Positions 13,763 to 28,289 of a stretch of 64,000 nt of DNA are shown piece after piece (positions within the stretch are counted from its first letter, which is position 1; each line of letters begins with the position of its first letter). The DNA comes from the human T2T-CHM13v2.0 reference genome, Homo sapiens: NCBI RefSeq assembly GCF_009914755.1, contig NC_060928.1, one strand, 5' to 3'. The notes under the pieces were generated by a model, which searched no databases, was not told the DNA's origin, and saw only the letters and a list, made by a program, of their open reading frames with translations. Made by a program: the position numbers and the translations under genes.

Positions 13763-15134
13763 GTTCCAGTAGTCTTGTGATATGAATATTAGATCTTTTG
13801 ATATAGTCACATAAGTCCTGAGTATCTGTTCAATTTTTAAGTTTATTTTCTATTGTTCAGATTGGATAATTTCTATTATTCTTTCTTTCAGTTTACTGAT
13901 TCTTTTCTGTTCCTTCCATTCAGCTGTTGAGTCCATCCACTGAATTTTTTTATTTGTTATTGCATTTTCTGTTCTAAAATCTGAGTTTCTTTACAGCTTC
14001 TACTTCTTTGCTGAAACTACTTTTTTTCATTTGTTTCAAGCATGTTATAATTGCTCATTGAAGCATCTTTATAATAGCTGCTTTAACTTTCTTTTTCAGA
14101 TAAATGGGACAGGAAAGATAATCAGTACACTGAAAGTGAGAACAATGAAAATTATGCAATCTTAACATACTGAAAAAAAGAGAGACTTGGGGACCTTTAT
14201 GACTAAAATAAAAGCTCTAACATTCATGTCACTGGAATATGGGAGGGAGAAAAAAGGGAAAGCTGAAAAAATAATGGTTGAAAACTCCTCAAATATTAAC
14301 ATCTCTGTCATCTCAGTGTTGGCATTCGTTGTTATTATTCATTCAAGAGAGATCGTCCTGGTTCTTGGTTTGATGAATCATTTTTGACTGGAATCTGGAT
14401 ATTTTGGGTATTTTGTTAACAAACTCCAGATTTTATTTTAACTTTATACTTTTGTTAGCTATCTATGATATCACTCTGGCAACAGCAGAAGGGGATATTG
14501 ACTCATTACTTCCAGGTAGAGACAGAAGTCCAGGTTCCTCACTTGGCCCCTGTTGATACCTGAGAACAGGGGGCTCCATGTCACTACTGAGAGGAAGTGG
14601 GGGTCTCAGCTCCCCACTAGTCCTCCCCTGATACCACCCTGGATAAAAGTGCAAATGACTCATTACTGCTCCCCACATGTCCTCCAATGTCACTACAGGG
14701 ATTGTATGGCCTCATTACCACTGAACACTAGCAAAAGTCCAGACTCTTCATTAGGTATCTTCTGACGTCGGCTCAGTAGCGTGAGGGAGTAGAACCTAAT
14801 TACTGCAGGGTGCAGGTGGAAGTCCAGGTTTACATGTGGTCTCCACTGACATTGTGAGTGGGGGTCTTCATTATTTCTCGGCAAGAATGAAAGTACTAGT
14901 TTTCTACTCGGCCTCCTCTAACACCATCCAGCACCATCTAACACCATCCAGGTATGTTTAGGGTGTTGGGGGGAAACACTTTGTTACAGCCTAGCAAGGG
15001 TGGAGCTCTAGGCTACCCACTTGGTCTTTGCTGGCATAGCTAATAGCCAGGCCACATTTTTTTTTTCTGTAGTATTTGGCTGGAATAGAATGGTTATTTT
15101 CTAAAGCTTCTGTGCTGCTAGACTGCCCTTTTCC

Positions 15135-15165
<31 letters not shown>

Positions 15166-16915
15166 ACTACAGAGAGCAGGCTTTTGTTGGGGCTTTGTTT
15201 GCTGTTTGAACATGTTAGCATTTACAGAGTTCTAGTTTCTCCACCTCCAATTCTGGGATATACAAGGCAAAAAAGGAAACCAAAGGGCCTTACTGTCCCT
15301 TGGGTTCCAAGATGCCTAGACAGTTATCCTTCTTTTCTTTACCTTTTGGACTTTTAGATTTTTGTTTTGTATATAATATTCAGGGTTATTCATTGTCCTT
15401 AGTGGGAGGAAGAGAGGCAAATAATCTACTCTATCTTCAAGGAGGCAGAGGTTCTAAACATTTATTCTTAATAACATCTTATTACAAAAACACAATTAAA
15501 TGGCATTGAATGAAACGTTAAAGTAGAATAAAGACTTCCTATAATGTTTAGTAATCTTATTATTGTTATTCCTCACAAGATTAAGATTTGTAGGTGAGTA
15601 TTGGCCACATTCTTAGCAAAGGCATGTGTATGTATACTCACCTATTTAATTTAAAGGTATTTGTGGTAGGCAGATTGATAACTACGAATATGTGGTTTGA
15701 TGGTGCTAAGTAAACCAGCCTTCCTCAAATAAATTCTCTCTCTGGCTAGCGTATAGCATTACCAGGCTTAAGCTTTATCCCTTTAACGGGTGTCTATAAT
15801 ACCTGCTGAAATATAATATCCATGGAAAATATATGGTACTACTCTAGAGCCCAATTGTGCTGCATGCTTCCAACCCTTACCAATAGAAAGGAATTAGATA
15901 CTTAACAGAACCAAACAAATATGAGGACAGCTCCCCAGAACTCCCAAGTATATTCTTTTAGACACAGACACACAGTCATGTACTCATGTACATACCTCTC
16001 TGCAACACATAAGTACCTATGTATCTTAAACAACCAAATGGACAAAGAAGATCCAATTTAATCAGCACTTTAGATTATAACTAATATTTATTGACAACTG
16101 TTTTGTGTGTTGAATAGGTTACAAGTTGGGTGTAACATGTCTTCCCACTCACTTGAAGAGAGAGAATCTGATTTTCTCTTGTGTCTTTCAGTCATTCGGG
16201 AGCTAAGCTCAAAAAGTATTTATTAAGCACTTACTGTGTAACAGACACCATGTTACTAGGGATAAGCATGTATAAGTCACTTCTTTATACTTTCTCTTAT
16301 TTGATGGCTCTTATACCAAAAATTTGTTTCTGTGAAATTGGCTTTCTTAATCATAAATTTGTAACACGTTTTAGAAACTGCTTTCCCATACATCCACCCA
16401 TTAATTCTTAAAATAAGGTAGAAAGCTCTATTATTTCTTATATTTAACAAATTAGGGCAGTGAGGTCAAGAAATTTCAGTGTCCTTCCCACCACCACACA
16501 ACTAGAACTGCAGTGATGTCGTAAATAGTAATCTTCTGGCCCTCCAAGCCCAGAACACTTTCATATCACACCTAGATGCTGCTCACTTTCTGAGAGCTGT
16601 TTCCCCCAATGATCTGACCATCTTTGGTTAAGTTCCCACCTTGTGATTGTATTCATTTTCCCAAATCGTACTACTAAACCAATAATTCCAGGAGGATGAA
16701 GCTCTTGTTATGATTCATTATACTTTTATACATCTGTCCTTGTTGGCCTTCCCTTATTATTTGTTAATTTCAAAATGGCTGCAATGGATCCAGACTCTGA
16801 AAAAGAAATAATCCTTGATGCTCTTCCTTGTTATCAATCGACCTGCCTCTGCCTCTTCCTAGCTCTGTGGTCTCAGCGAAATTAATAATATTCTCTTAGT
16901 TGAGGTTTCTTATTT

Positions 16916-17129
16916 TATTCTATTATTATTATTTTTATTATACTTAAAGTTCTAGGATACATGTGCAGAACGTGCAGGTTTGTTACATAGGTATACACGT
17001 GTCATGGTGGTTTGCTTCACCCATCAACCTGTCATCTACCTTAGGTATTTCTCCTAATGCTATCCCTCCCCTAGCCCCCAACCCCCCAAGAGGCCCCGGT
17101 GTGTGATATTCCTCTCCCTGTGTCCATGT
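16916..17129 (-). mobile_element. 5'-truncated L1PA 3' end inserted in a MIR
   Basis: ATTATACTTAAAGTTCTAGGATACATGTGCAGAACGTGCAGGTTTGTTAC; 17-bp TSD GTTGAGGTTTCTTATTT at 16899 and 17130. Confidence 0.92.
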
Positions 17130-17457
17130 GTTGAGGTTTCTTATTTGTAATATGGGTGTAATAATGCTTACCTCTCAGGGCTGTTAAAAATATAGAGAAT
17201 ACTCAATGGATTGTGCAAAACTCCTAGGACAGTGTTTGGCAGAGAGCAGGCCCTCCTCTCCTTCCTACTGTATAGCAAACGTCTTGAGAATAGGAACATG
17301 TCCACACGGTGTTTTGTACTTAACAGGCATTGGAAACAGATTTGCTGAATGAATGGATAAACAAATATAATACTACAAAAGGATTTTTAATTATTAGTAT
17401 TACAAAATAACTTTACATACAGCAAGTTGATAATTTTGGCATTCAGTCTTGTAGTAC

Positions 17458-17601
17458 AGTCTACAAGATATATATATATACACCATATATATATATACAC
17501 ATATATATACCATATATATACATATATATACACACATATATATATACACATATATATATACCAGTATATACACTACGTACACTATACATATCTTGTAGAC
17601 T
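17458..17601. repeat. (TA)n/(CA)n compound microsatellite closed by 14-bp inverted arms
   Basis: AGTCTACAAGATAT (17458-17471) and ATATCTTGTAGACT (17588-17601). Confidence 0.9.
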
Positions 17602-18939
17602 AAAATGGAATATATGATCATTAATAACACTAAATCTTTTCACTTTAACATGTTTGCCCTATTGTTTATTTAATCTCTGATGTCTGTACCAGCTCCCTGC
17701 TACCTGGCTTTATCCTTTCCTGTGAACTAATCATTCACTCATGCATGCAATTAACATTTGCTGACCATTTACTGTCTACCATAAACCAGGGTGCATGATT
17801 CATAAGACTCCTCTGTCTCTGCCTCCAAAAGATTTATACACTATGAAAAAAATGCATAAACAATTTATAATTAATGGAGGTGTTATGATAGAAGTACAAA
17901 AAAGTGCTATGGTTGTAAGAATGATTCATTTTGCCTAGGGAGTTTGCTTACCAGAGCTTACATGCTAGAAAGTGATTTTTCTCTTTGTAAACTAAATTGA
18001 GTTACTGGTAGTAAAAATAGCTTCCATTTGTCTAGTACTTTAAAAGTGCTTTCACATCCATTTCTTCTTTTAATCCTCATAATGAATGCTCTATAGTGTA
18101 ATGGTTTTCTTTAAGATATATTTGCAAAAAAAAAAAAAAGGATGTTATGAGGCCAGCTGATATGCAACATGGAAATGCATTTGAAATCTCATAGGTAGAA
18201 GATAGAAGCCAGAACTGGAACCAGTGTTCAATTGGAACGTTATGGGAATCATTCCAAGAATTTTTGCTATTTTGCTAATAGCAAAGACCAGTTTCTTCAC
18301 CTTCATCCTCAATGTCATCTCCTCATTTCAAGCCTGACCTACCATCTCGCTTTTGGGTTATTCCGACAGCCTTCTGACTGGATTCTCTGATTTGTATCTC
18401 ATCTCCCTCCAAACCATTTGCCATATTGGCCACAAAATAATTTTTTAATACAAATTGGACCACATCATTCTCCCATTGAAAGCTGTTTTATGCTATAGAG
18501 CTTCACACTCCCTATAGAGTTAAATCCAAATGCTTTCGCATGTTTATAAAACTCTCCATCATCTAAACCTGTCAACTTCTTCAAACTTGTTATTGGTCAC
18601 TTTCTTCAAACTATACTTACTGATTTTACTCCAAGCCACCATACCATCTCCATTTTTGTGCCTTTATAGATGCAATCTTTGGCCTAGAATGCTTTTAGCT
18701 CTCCACCATTCTGTCTGGTACAACGATGGCAGACATACAAAGTGTGGCGATTTTCTTGTTTATAACTAGACATACTTAACAACAATAGCAGAATCTTCAC
18801 AACATAATTTTCATTCTTGCTTTTTTTCCCTCTTATTTTATTACTACATAAAATAGAGTTTGGGAACCATTAGTCTAGCTTTTTCTCTTAAAATCTCAGG
18901 GAAAGATTATTATGTTTTTATTGCATATTAAAGATTCAT

Positions 18940-19920
18940 GACATTTATATTCATTTAACATAGAACTAAAATATCTTCTATTGTGAGCATATTTTGTGCT
19001 ACATGCTAAGTAACTAGCTGGGGATAAGTCAAACAGGGCATATCTGAGTGTATCATGGATCTCATATTCAAATGAAATAGACAATAAAATAAATAAATGA
19101 ATTAAATCTTACATATTGGTGAGCAATGCTTCTGAGGAAATAAAAGATGGCCTGAGAAGGAGGACACTTTAGAGTGGACAGCCCATGAAGGTTTCTAGGA
19201 GGAAATATATCTTAGATGAAGTTTGAAAGATGAGGAGCCAGCTGTGCAGTTGGGAGAAGAGTCAGCTGGGCTGAGGCAGCTGCAAGCACAGAAACTCTAA
19301 GTCAGAACAAAGTTTAGAGTGTTTGAAGACTGAACGACCAGGATAGTTGAGCATGGCGTGTGAGGGGTTGAGTTGATGGTAGAAGATACAGGGCCTTGTA
19401 GGCTAGGCCAAGGAAACCACTGGATGACTTTAAAAAAATAAATGATGAACTGGATGCAACACTGGCTACTGGGTAAAGAATGAATTATAAGAGAACAGGA
19501 GTGGAAACAAGGGAACGAGTTAGGAGGTTATAGTAAGGTTCTGTCAAGCGATATCGATGGATGGGACTACAGTGGTGGCAGTGGCAATAGAAAGAAACGG
19601 ATGGATTTGAGATACACTTTGGAGATAAAACGAACAACATCATTTTGGAAGGTAAGGAAGACAAATATAATATGTGTCCTAGCTCTCCGGCATGAAGCCA
19701 CTGGGTAGACAGTGAACCATTTACTGAGATGGAAAAGACTGAGGAAACAAAAAAAATGGAGGAAAACAGAGCTTCATTTTGCACACGTTATATTTGAGGT
19801 ACCTCTCAAACATCTGAGGGAAGACATCAAGTAGGTAGTTGAATAAGCAGTTCATACCTCAGAAGGGAGTCCTGAGCTAGATATGCAAACGTGGAAGTTT
19901 TAAATATAGAGATGAGGTGA
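18940..19920 (-). mobile_element. L2 LINE fragment
   Basis: Purine-rich L2 phrases (GGATGGATTTGAGATAC, CCATTTACTGAGATGGAAAAGACTGAGG, AGTAGGTAGTTGAATA). Confidence 0.7.
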
Positions 19921-20678
19921 GGTAATGCATTGAATATATTAAATGAAATAATACATAGAAAGTAGCAGACACTCTATTTGGCATAGTAGCAAACATGTGC
20001 TCAAAAACAATATTAGCTGTTGGATGCTGCTTGTGGTTAGGACATTCTTCACACAGTGTAACTTAAGTTTTTTTCACTAAGGATAAATGGCTTTTATATT
20101 ATTTTCTTCTCAATAGAAATATTAACAACCAGTAGGTGTTAAAAGTTACTCACGTATTTGAAAGCTTATTTAGAATGTTTTACATATTGATATGCAGAAG
20201 TAAAAAAGATGAAATGAAAAGGTTAATATTAGAAATACATGGCATATATAACAATATATTACATAATATAAAATATATATTGTATATAATAGAAATAGAT
20301 ATATAATTTAGTTTCAAAGGTATTTTTAACAGACCGAATGGAAAATTGGTTAAATTATTGAGATTTTAAGAGTTTTAGCATGTATATACAAATAAATATA
20401 TTCCAGAATGCTGATAAATTAATTTATGACACAGATTAATTTTAATGCATGGTAGTTACAACTAAGAAAATGTGGTTTTACCTCATACATTGTCTCTGCA
20501 ATTTACTAGGTGTGTGAACTTGGGCAAATTATATATAACCCCTTGGTTCCTCAATTCCCACATCTGTAAAACACCAATAATTATACCCTATCTAATCATG
20601 TTGTCATGTGAAATGACAATAATGTGTATAAAATATATAGTACAGTGCCTGAAGTAAACCATAAATGATTGGTCTGTA

Positions 20679-21197
<519 letters not shown>

Positions 21198-21591
21198 ATC
21201 TATAATAACTATCATGTATCACATATGGGCATGTAATGTTTGTATATGTGAATTATATTAACATAATATAGTGTCATGTCTATTAAACAAGTGGTGAAAA
21301 GAAATTAAAAATCTGTCCAGTGATTTAGTTTGAAAAAAATATATAAATTGGAAGAGTAGATAAATGATAATCAGGCCTAAGATCTCTGGAGTAGGTTGCC
21401 TGTGCACAATTACCACCTCCCACATTCACTAGCTTATAACTTTGGGCAAGTTACTCGACTACTGTTTCCTTATTTATCAGCTAGGGATAATGAAGATGCC
21501 TATCTCTCATTGCATTGTTAGTAAAATGCATATAACATTGTCTGGCATATCACAAGTATTACATATTTATGTTTTGGGAAATTTGATGGAA

Positions 21592-22200
21592 CTGTTGCTG
21601 GGAATGTAAATCAGGTTCAACCATTGTGGAAAGCAGTATGGCAATTCCTCAAAGAGCTAAAAACAGAACTACCATTAGACCCAGAAATCCCATTACTGGG
21701 TATATACCCAAAAGAATGTAAGTCGTTCTATCATAAAGGCACATGCACGTGTATGTTCACTGCAGCACTATTCACAACAACAAAGACATGGAATCAACCT
21801 AACTGCCCATCAATGGTAGACTAAAGAACATGTGGTACATATACACCATGAAATACTATGCAGCCATAAAAAATGAGATCATGTCCTTTGCAGGAACATG
21901 GATGGAGCTAGAGGCCATTATCTTTAGCAAACTAACGCAGTCAGAGAAAACCAAATGCCACATATCCTCACTTACAGGTGGGAGCTAAATGATGAGAACA
22001 CATGGACACATAGAGGGGAACAACAGACCCCTGTATCTACTGGAGAGTGGAGGGTGGGAGGAGGGAAAAGATCAGGAAAAATAACTAATAGGTACTAGGC
22101 TCCATACCTCTGAAATAATCTGTACAACAAATCCCCATGACACGAGTTAACCTATGTAACAAACATGCACGTGTACTCCTGAACTTAAAAGATAAAAAAA
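21592..22200 (+). mobile_element. 5'-truncated L1PA/L1PB 3' end
   Basis: ORF 21624-21824 matches L1 ORF2p C-terminus (WQFLKELKTELP..IPLLGIYPKE); 3'UTR and A tail; TSD GAAATTTGATG. Confidence 0.92.
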
Positions 22201-22927
22201 AGAAATTTGATGAAAATAGGTATTTGGAATGAATATTACCAGTAGTTAATATTCAATCTCAGTAACATACTTTTGCATTAGAACTGAAAAACAGATGCTA
22301 TACCAAAGGTCTGGGGTAACTGTGAAGAAACATTCTCTAGACCTTATATGAAAGATCAAACGGATCCTCATTTCGTATTAGTTATTTGTCATCATAGAAA
22401 ATAATAATGTTAATCTTGCCAGGACCTATATAAAACACCATAGAATATGTTAGTAAAAGTATCCAGCATCCCTGAAGCCCTGAATCTCAGATACTAGATG
22501 ACAAACTGCTGGGAATGTTCAAATTATGTAACCATATACAGGTCCTGTGTTGGGTGCAGGTCCTGGAAGTGGATTTTCAGTGATGAATCCCTGTCTCGAC
22601 TGGCTTGATTTCCGTTACTTCTCCAGCCTTGTTCAAATGGCCTCACCTCACCCCTTTGCTCCATCTAGGCAACACCCTCTTCCCTTTCTATAACATTTCC
22701 TACTATTTGTCTCCTCCAAGGCTTGGCTATTCTTGCCGATACCTCTTTCTAGAATGTTCTTCCCATTTCCCTCTATCTCACCCCCAACCTACACATCTTT
22801 TAAGATTCAACTCAAGTACTAAGCTTTTCCAATGAAGCCTTTCCCCAATGCCCCAGGTTGAAGTAACAATTCCCTCTTTTTTACCTGCTTACACCATGAA
22901 CAGAGGGCCATTTAAAACCATCACTGA

Positions 22928-23210
22928 GGCCGGGCGCAGTGTCTCATGCCTGTAATCCCAGCATTTTGGGAGGCCAAGGCAGGTGGATCACGAGGTCAGG
23001 AGATACAGACCATCCTGGCTAACAGGGTGAAACCCTGTCTGTACTAAAAAATACAAAAAATTAGCCGGTTGTGGTGGCAGGTGCCTGTAGTCCCAGCTAC
23101 TTGGGAGGCTCAGGCAGGAGAATGGCGTGAACCCGGGAGGCGGAGCTTGCACTGAGCCCAGATGGTGCCTGGGCGACAGAGCAAGACTCCGTCTCAAAAA
23201 AAAAAAAAAA
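22928..23210 (+). mobile_element. AluY with small right-arm deletion
   Basis: GGATCACGAGGTCAGGAGAT, GAATGGCGTGAACCCGGGAGGCGGAGCTTGCA; lacks CCACTGCACTCCAG; TSD ATCA(C/T)TGAG. Confidence 0.93.
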
Positions 23211-23634
23211 TCATTGAGTCTCCTTAAAGTCCAGAGCACTAGTCTTATTCATTTATTTATTTATTTACTCATCAGCCCCTGGCACAGAGGCTTGTTTAAC
23301 TGATTTCATTGACTTAGAGAATGGAAGGAAGGGAGGGAAGGGAAAAAGAAGAAACAACATCCATTTGCAGAGTGTATGACCTAGAGGAAGGACACTAACA
23401 ATGAGCATGAATGTGTAAATGAAAATCTGCGGCCCCTGGTTTCAATAAGGTCAACAGAAAAACCATGCTGACACTCAGCAATCAGTTTCTCATAAAGTTA
23501 ATGCAGCATCACATCTCTGCTTCATGGAGAAGCACTGTTCCGGATTTCAGTAAGAATCAGAAGTTTACTTTCAAACACTGAAATTCTCTAGATTTCCATT
23601 CTTGTGAATTAACTCCCATCTTTCAAAGATCTTC

Positions 23635-23790
23635 ACTCAGGAGGCTGAAGTGACAGGATCACTTGAGCCTGGAAGGCAGAGGCTGCTGTGAGCTGAGATT
23701 ACAGCACTGCACTCCATCCCTCCTGGGTGACAGAGGAAGACCCTGTCTCAAAAACAAACAAACAAACAAACCAAAAAATAAGAAAACCAA
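23635..23790 (+). mobile_element. Alu right-arm / FRAM-like fragment
   Basis: ACTCAGGAGGCTGAAG...GATCACTTGAGCCTGG...ACCCTGTCTCAAAAACAAAC. Confidence 0.8.
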
Positions 23791-26700
23791 ACACCACATA
23801 TCCTCACAAAAAACAAAGATATTCTAAACTGTCACCACCTCTTGGAAGTCTTCTCCAGTTTAGTGGAGACAAAATCATGAGATCCACAACAATTTCAGCA
23901 CAGTAAATTAAGAGCAGGAACTCTGGGATACTGTTACTACTATTAGCTCTGTGGTTTCAGGCAAGCTGCCTAACACCTTTGTGCCTTAGTTCACTCGCCT
24001 TTGAAATGAAGACAATAGTAATATTTATCACAGATTTGAAAAGGGTACTGAATGTTCAGAATAATGCCTTGCATATGGAGAGAACTACATAAATGCTAAT
24101 AGTTTATATTATAAATTGTTAATAGTTAATATTATAAATATGACTATTAGGAGAAAGAGTTACTGAATTTTATTCCTTCCTTCCATCCTTCCCTAAACAA
24201 GAAGAATGTAGGTATCTCTGTTTTAATTTCTACAACATTGCTTATTTTATAAGTTAAGGGCCTAAACATATTGGCCATAGAGATAATATACTTTCACCAT
24301 TCATATGAAAAAACAAGTCTATATTTAACTTACAAAACAGGAGATTTCTCTTCTATAAATCCTTTGTAATATTTGTTGCTTCAGAGTCTATATTAGCAAT
24401 AGTGAAACTTGGCAAGATAACCAATCTTGTGTAATGGCAGAGAAATGGCAGGACAACCTTGCCTAAGATTTGTAAATTTCAAATAAGGCAGTATCTGTCA
24501 GATGTACGGGGACATTTTTTTCTGAACTAAAATGAGCTGAACACAAGTATAAAGCTTAATATCAATCTCATTTTCAGTTCCTTTGAAATCTTTTGTGAGT
24601 TGATCCTAGCTAAGAGACTAGACATCAAAAAAAAAAATCTATGTGTGGTAGAGGATTAGGTAAAACAAATGCCTTATACAAGTTGAGAATCCATCATTCT
24701 TGTTTCCATTCTCCAATGAAGAGGATAAATCTTATCCTCCTCAGTAAATGAACTACAGAAGGCTCCAAAGAGACTAAAGCCTTTAGACACTATAGGGACC
24801 CCTGATGTTATGCCTAAGGAAAAGTTACGGTATGACCTCAGCAAGGATGAAGAAATAACAAGTTAGTAAATTATCTCTGTTTACATTTACAACCAACAAA
24901 CCAATCATTTCTATACACAGTTTGTACCTAAATTTCAAACATTCTTGATTATTAATAAAAGAGACTATGTTAGAATTCACAAGTTTGATATCTTGTAGTC
25001 TTACCAGAATGAAGTTCCTAAGTCCCTCAAAGAAATATGTTCTGCTAGTTCAAAGGTCTTTCTATGCCTTTTCCACAGTCTCTCTCTCTTTCCAGATTCT
25101 TCCTCCAGCCTCCAGCCACCAGCCCAGACATTTTATCTTGTTGAGCAATAGGGCAGACAACTGGATTCACAGGAAACAAGATGGAGTGAACAGAACACAG
25201 GAATGTAACTCGGAAGACAGTGGTGATTTTGCCACTTACTGTGTGTCTTCAGGAATATACTTGACATTAGCTTTCATTTACTCACAAATCAAATGTAGAT
25301 AATAGTATTACCCCCCCCCCATCTTACAAAGTTACTTTGAGGATACTAGAATTGCTTATGAAAGCAATTCAAAGCTGCAAAGTACTAAACAGAAGTCACT
25401 CTGATCCCACTCATTCCATAGCATAGGCTTTAGTACTCAGTGACCTCTGGTTTTAGACTGTCTGAGTTTAAATCCAGGCTCTTACTCATTGTGTCCTTGA
25501 ATGAGTTCATGCTTCAGTTTCCTTATCTGTAAAATGGGGCTAATAATAGCATCAATTTATAAAGCTATTATGAAGTGTGAAATGGAATGGCACCTATGTG
25601 GCACTTAGAACAATGCCTGAAACCTAGAAAATAAGGGGATGATCCAGTCAGTACTTCTTTAAGTGGCTACCTTTTGAGTATAGTGGAGCTTTGAGGATTC
25701 CAAAGAATGGATAAGATCTAGCTCATACTCATCTTTGGAGATCTCACAAACTTGTGAAGAGTGGACACTCAGGTAAACAAGTGCTGTGACAGAGATAAAA
25801 TGAGGCAAAGTACAAGGTACAAATTCATCCCTAACTCCCTCCTCTGCCCTTTGCCCTTATTCTGTTTCCCTGCTTTCCCTAGGTAAGTTTGCCTGATAAT
25901 CCCATACACTTTCATGGCCTCAGCTATCAACTGCACACCAACAAAAACCAAGATCCATAGACCAAAACCCTACTCTTACTCTCTGATATCTCCACTCAGC
26001 TTACTCTTTCCCGCCACTCCTGAACCTGCACCTCTTTTAACTAACCCGTCAAACCTAATAATTGGCCAAACTATGACAATTACATCAGAGAAACATGCCC
26101 ACTCCTCAACCCCTGTACACATCTACTATATTCACCTTAACTATTGCAGCCACCTCCTAAGTATCTCAGTGCCTCCAGTTTCAATCTCCTTATCTGCAAC
26201 CCATTCCCCATTCAGCCACCTGAGGGGGTTCTAAATATTTCTGTTAACAACACTCCCTCTAAGAAAAGTTTTGGTAGCTTGCCTTTGCTTGCGGAACAGT
26301 GTTGTCTTGGGCCTGCAGCACTCTTAACATACGTCTGAGGCTCCTTTCCGCTCTTATCCTCACTTCCCAGATCTCAACACAAAGAACACTCAGTGTCCTT
26401 TTCCAGATGGCATCTGCACCTTCCATTACTCTCCACTTTTGCTCTTACTGGTTATGCTCTCTCAAATGCCCCACCTGCCACCTATCCATCCACTCATCTT
26501 CTCCCTTATCCTTCAATGTACAGCTCAAATGTCACCAACTGCACATCATTTGCTCTGCTTAATAAATTCCTCAAGACTTACTGTTCTTTCACATGGATTT
26601 GCATATAACATGTAGGTTGAACCATATGAGTTACCAGTTTTTGGTAGGCCAAAATGGTCAATAACTGCACTTTCCAGTACTTGAACTTATAACATGATAT

Positions 26701-27764
26701 GGTCCTCTTACAGCATTTATCCTGCTTCATCAGAACTCTTTCTTTAAGTATATTGCCCATGTACCTTGTCGTCTTCACCTTTCCATGCCCAGTGCCTTGC
26801 AGAGTGCCAGGCAAGAAGTAGATGCTCCAGGAAAGTGTGTAGAATTCAAGGTAATTGCTGTGTATGGATCTTAACACTTTGTTGAGCTCTCTTAAGTCTA
26901 GGTCCTAATCTTACTCTCATTATCTAGGGACTGCCAAAGGTAAACGTAGCCATCCAGGGCTGTCTGGAAGAGAGTCAGGATTGTAGGTATCCCTTTCCTT
27001 TCCCCATTTACATCAAGACCCAGCTCTCTACCTACTAACTAATTACCTAACCTAGGTAGGAAAACATCAGCCTCCTGGGTTGTCCTTTCTTTAGGCAGCA
27101 AGTATGTAATTTGCAATACCATTCAGGGCACTTAACACATTAATTCACTCATTCAATCACGGGGCTGTGATTGGTACTAGGAATATAGTAGTAACTAAGG
27201 CAACTAGAGACTATGAGTTTGGAGGGTTTTAATCTATTCTTCAAACTTTTTCCCTTAAGAATTACCTAAAGAAACTGAATATTTTCCAAAACATAGCTTG
27301 CATATTTGAACACTTTTAAATGTCTTATACATACATTTTAAGTCCTCTAAAAATATTATAAGTTGAAATAATTGTTGCAAAGGATGTAATTTCAGTATAT
27401 ATTTTATTTTGTCACTTTAAATTACTATTATTTTTAATGTATTTAATGAAATCTGAATATCATAACAATCTGATACCCATGACTATCTTTTTTTAATGAG
27501 AAAGATGTTTTAATTTAAAAATTTTAGATTTTTTTCTCTTTGAACTCATATTTGCATTATACTTTGCCCTTGAATTTTATACATTTATAAAAAATCAAAA
27601 CTGTGGTCCTTCATATTTAGATCAATTTATGGAACATGTGTACTACATATATTGGCAAACCAGTAAGCCAAATTGAACTTTCCCTCCAGAAAAATCCTGC
27701 CTCTATTTTTCAATTCAAACAAATGTGTTAATTTGCATTGCAAAAAATATTATTAAAACATTGA

Positions 27765-28070
27765 GGCTGGGTGCGATGGCTCACACCTGTAATTCCAACA
27801 CTTTGGGAGGCCGAGGCAGGCATATCACTTGAGGTCAGGAGTTTGAGACAAGCCTGACCAACATGGCAAAACCTTGTCTCCGTTAAAAATACAAAAATTA
27901 GCTGGGCGTGGTGTTGGGCGCCTGTAATCCCAGCTACGCAGGATGCTGAGGCAGGAGAATTGCTTGAACTCAGGAGGCGGAGGTTGCAGTGAGCCAAGAT
28001 CACACCACTGCCCTCCAGCCTGGGCAACAGAGCAAGACTCCATCTCACAAACAAAAAACAACAAAACCCA
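27765..28070 (+). mobile_element. AluS (Sx-like)
   Basis: Full dimeric Alu; TSD AACA(T/C)TGAG. Confidence 0.93.
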
Positions 28071-28289
28071 CAGAACACTGAGAAATATGTTACAAAATGA
28101 ATCCTATAAGACAGATTATGAAAGGACGTCAAACTTAATATAGATCTAATACAAGTAATGCATCTCATCAATTATAAAAGGAATATAAATTAATATGATA
28201 ATCCTTATCAGCTAATTTTTAATAAAGCAATGAATGTACAATTTATCAAATAATGACTATATCATTCCTCTAATAAAAATGCGTATCCC

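Larger units (their letters stand above)
9843..15460 (-). mobile_element. Fragmented old L1 (L1M class): 3' end, ORF2, ORF1 and 5' region, with nested insertions
   Basis: T-rich antisense L1 phrases (CCATTCATCTATT...GGTTGTTTCCAGTT, TAGCACCATTTGTTGAAAA, TGCTTTAGCTGCATCCCACAAATT); ORFs at 11517, 11201 and 12064 are degenerate ORF2 pieces. Confidence 0.85.

Noticed and set aside
17400-17643. ORFs rich in Y/I/V/C (also 58505-58873)
   Set aside because: Translations of TA/CA microsatellites.
27728-28171. 147-aa ORF and similar ORFs at 2339, 2862, 20727, 22988, 37337, 50899
   Set aside because: Translations of Alu sequence.
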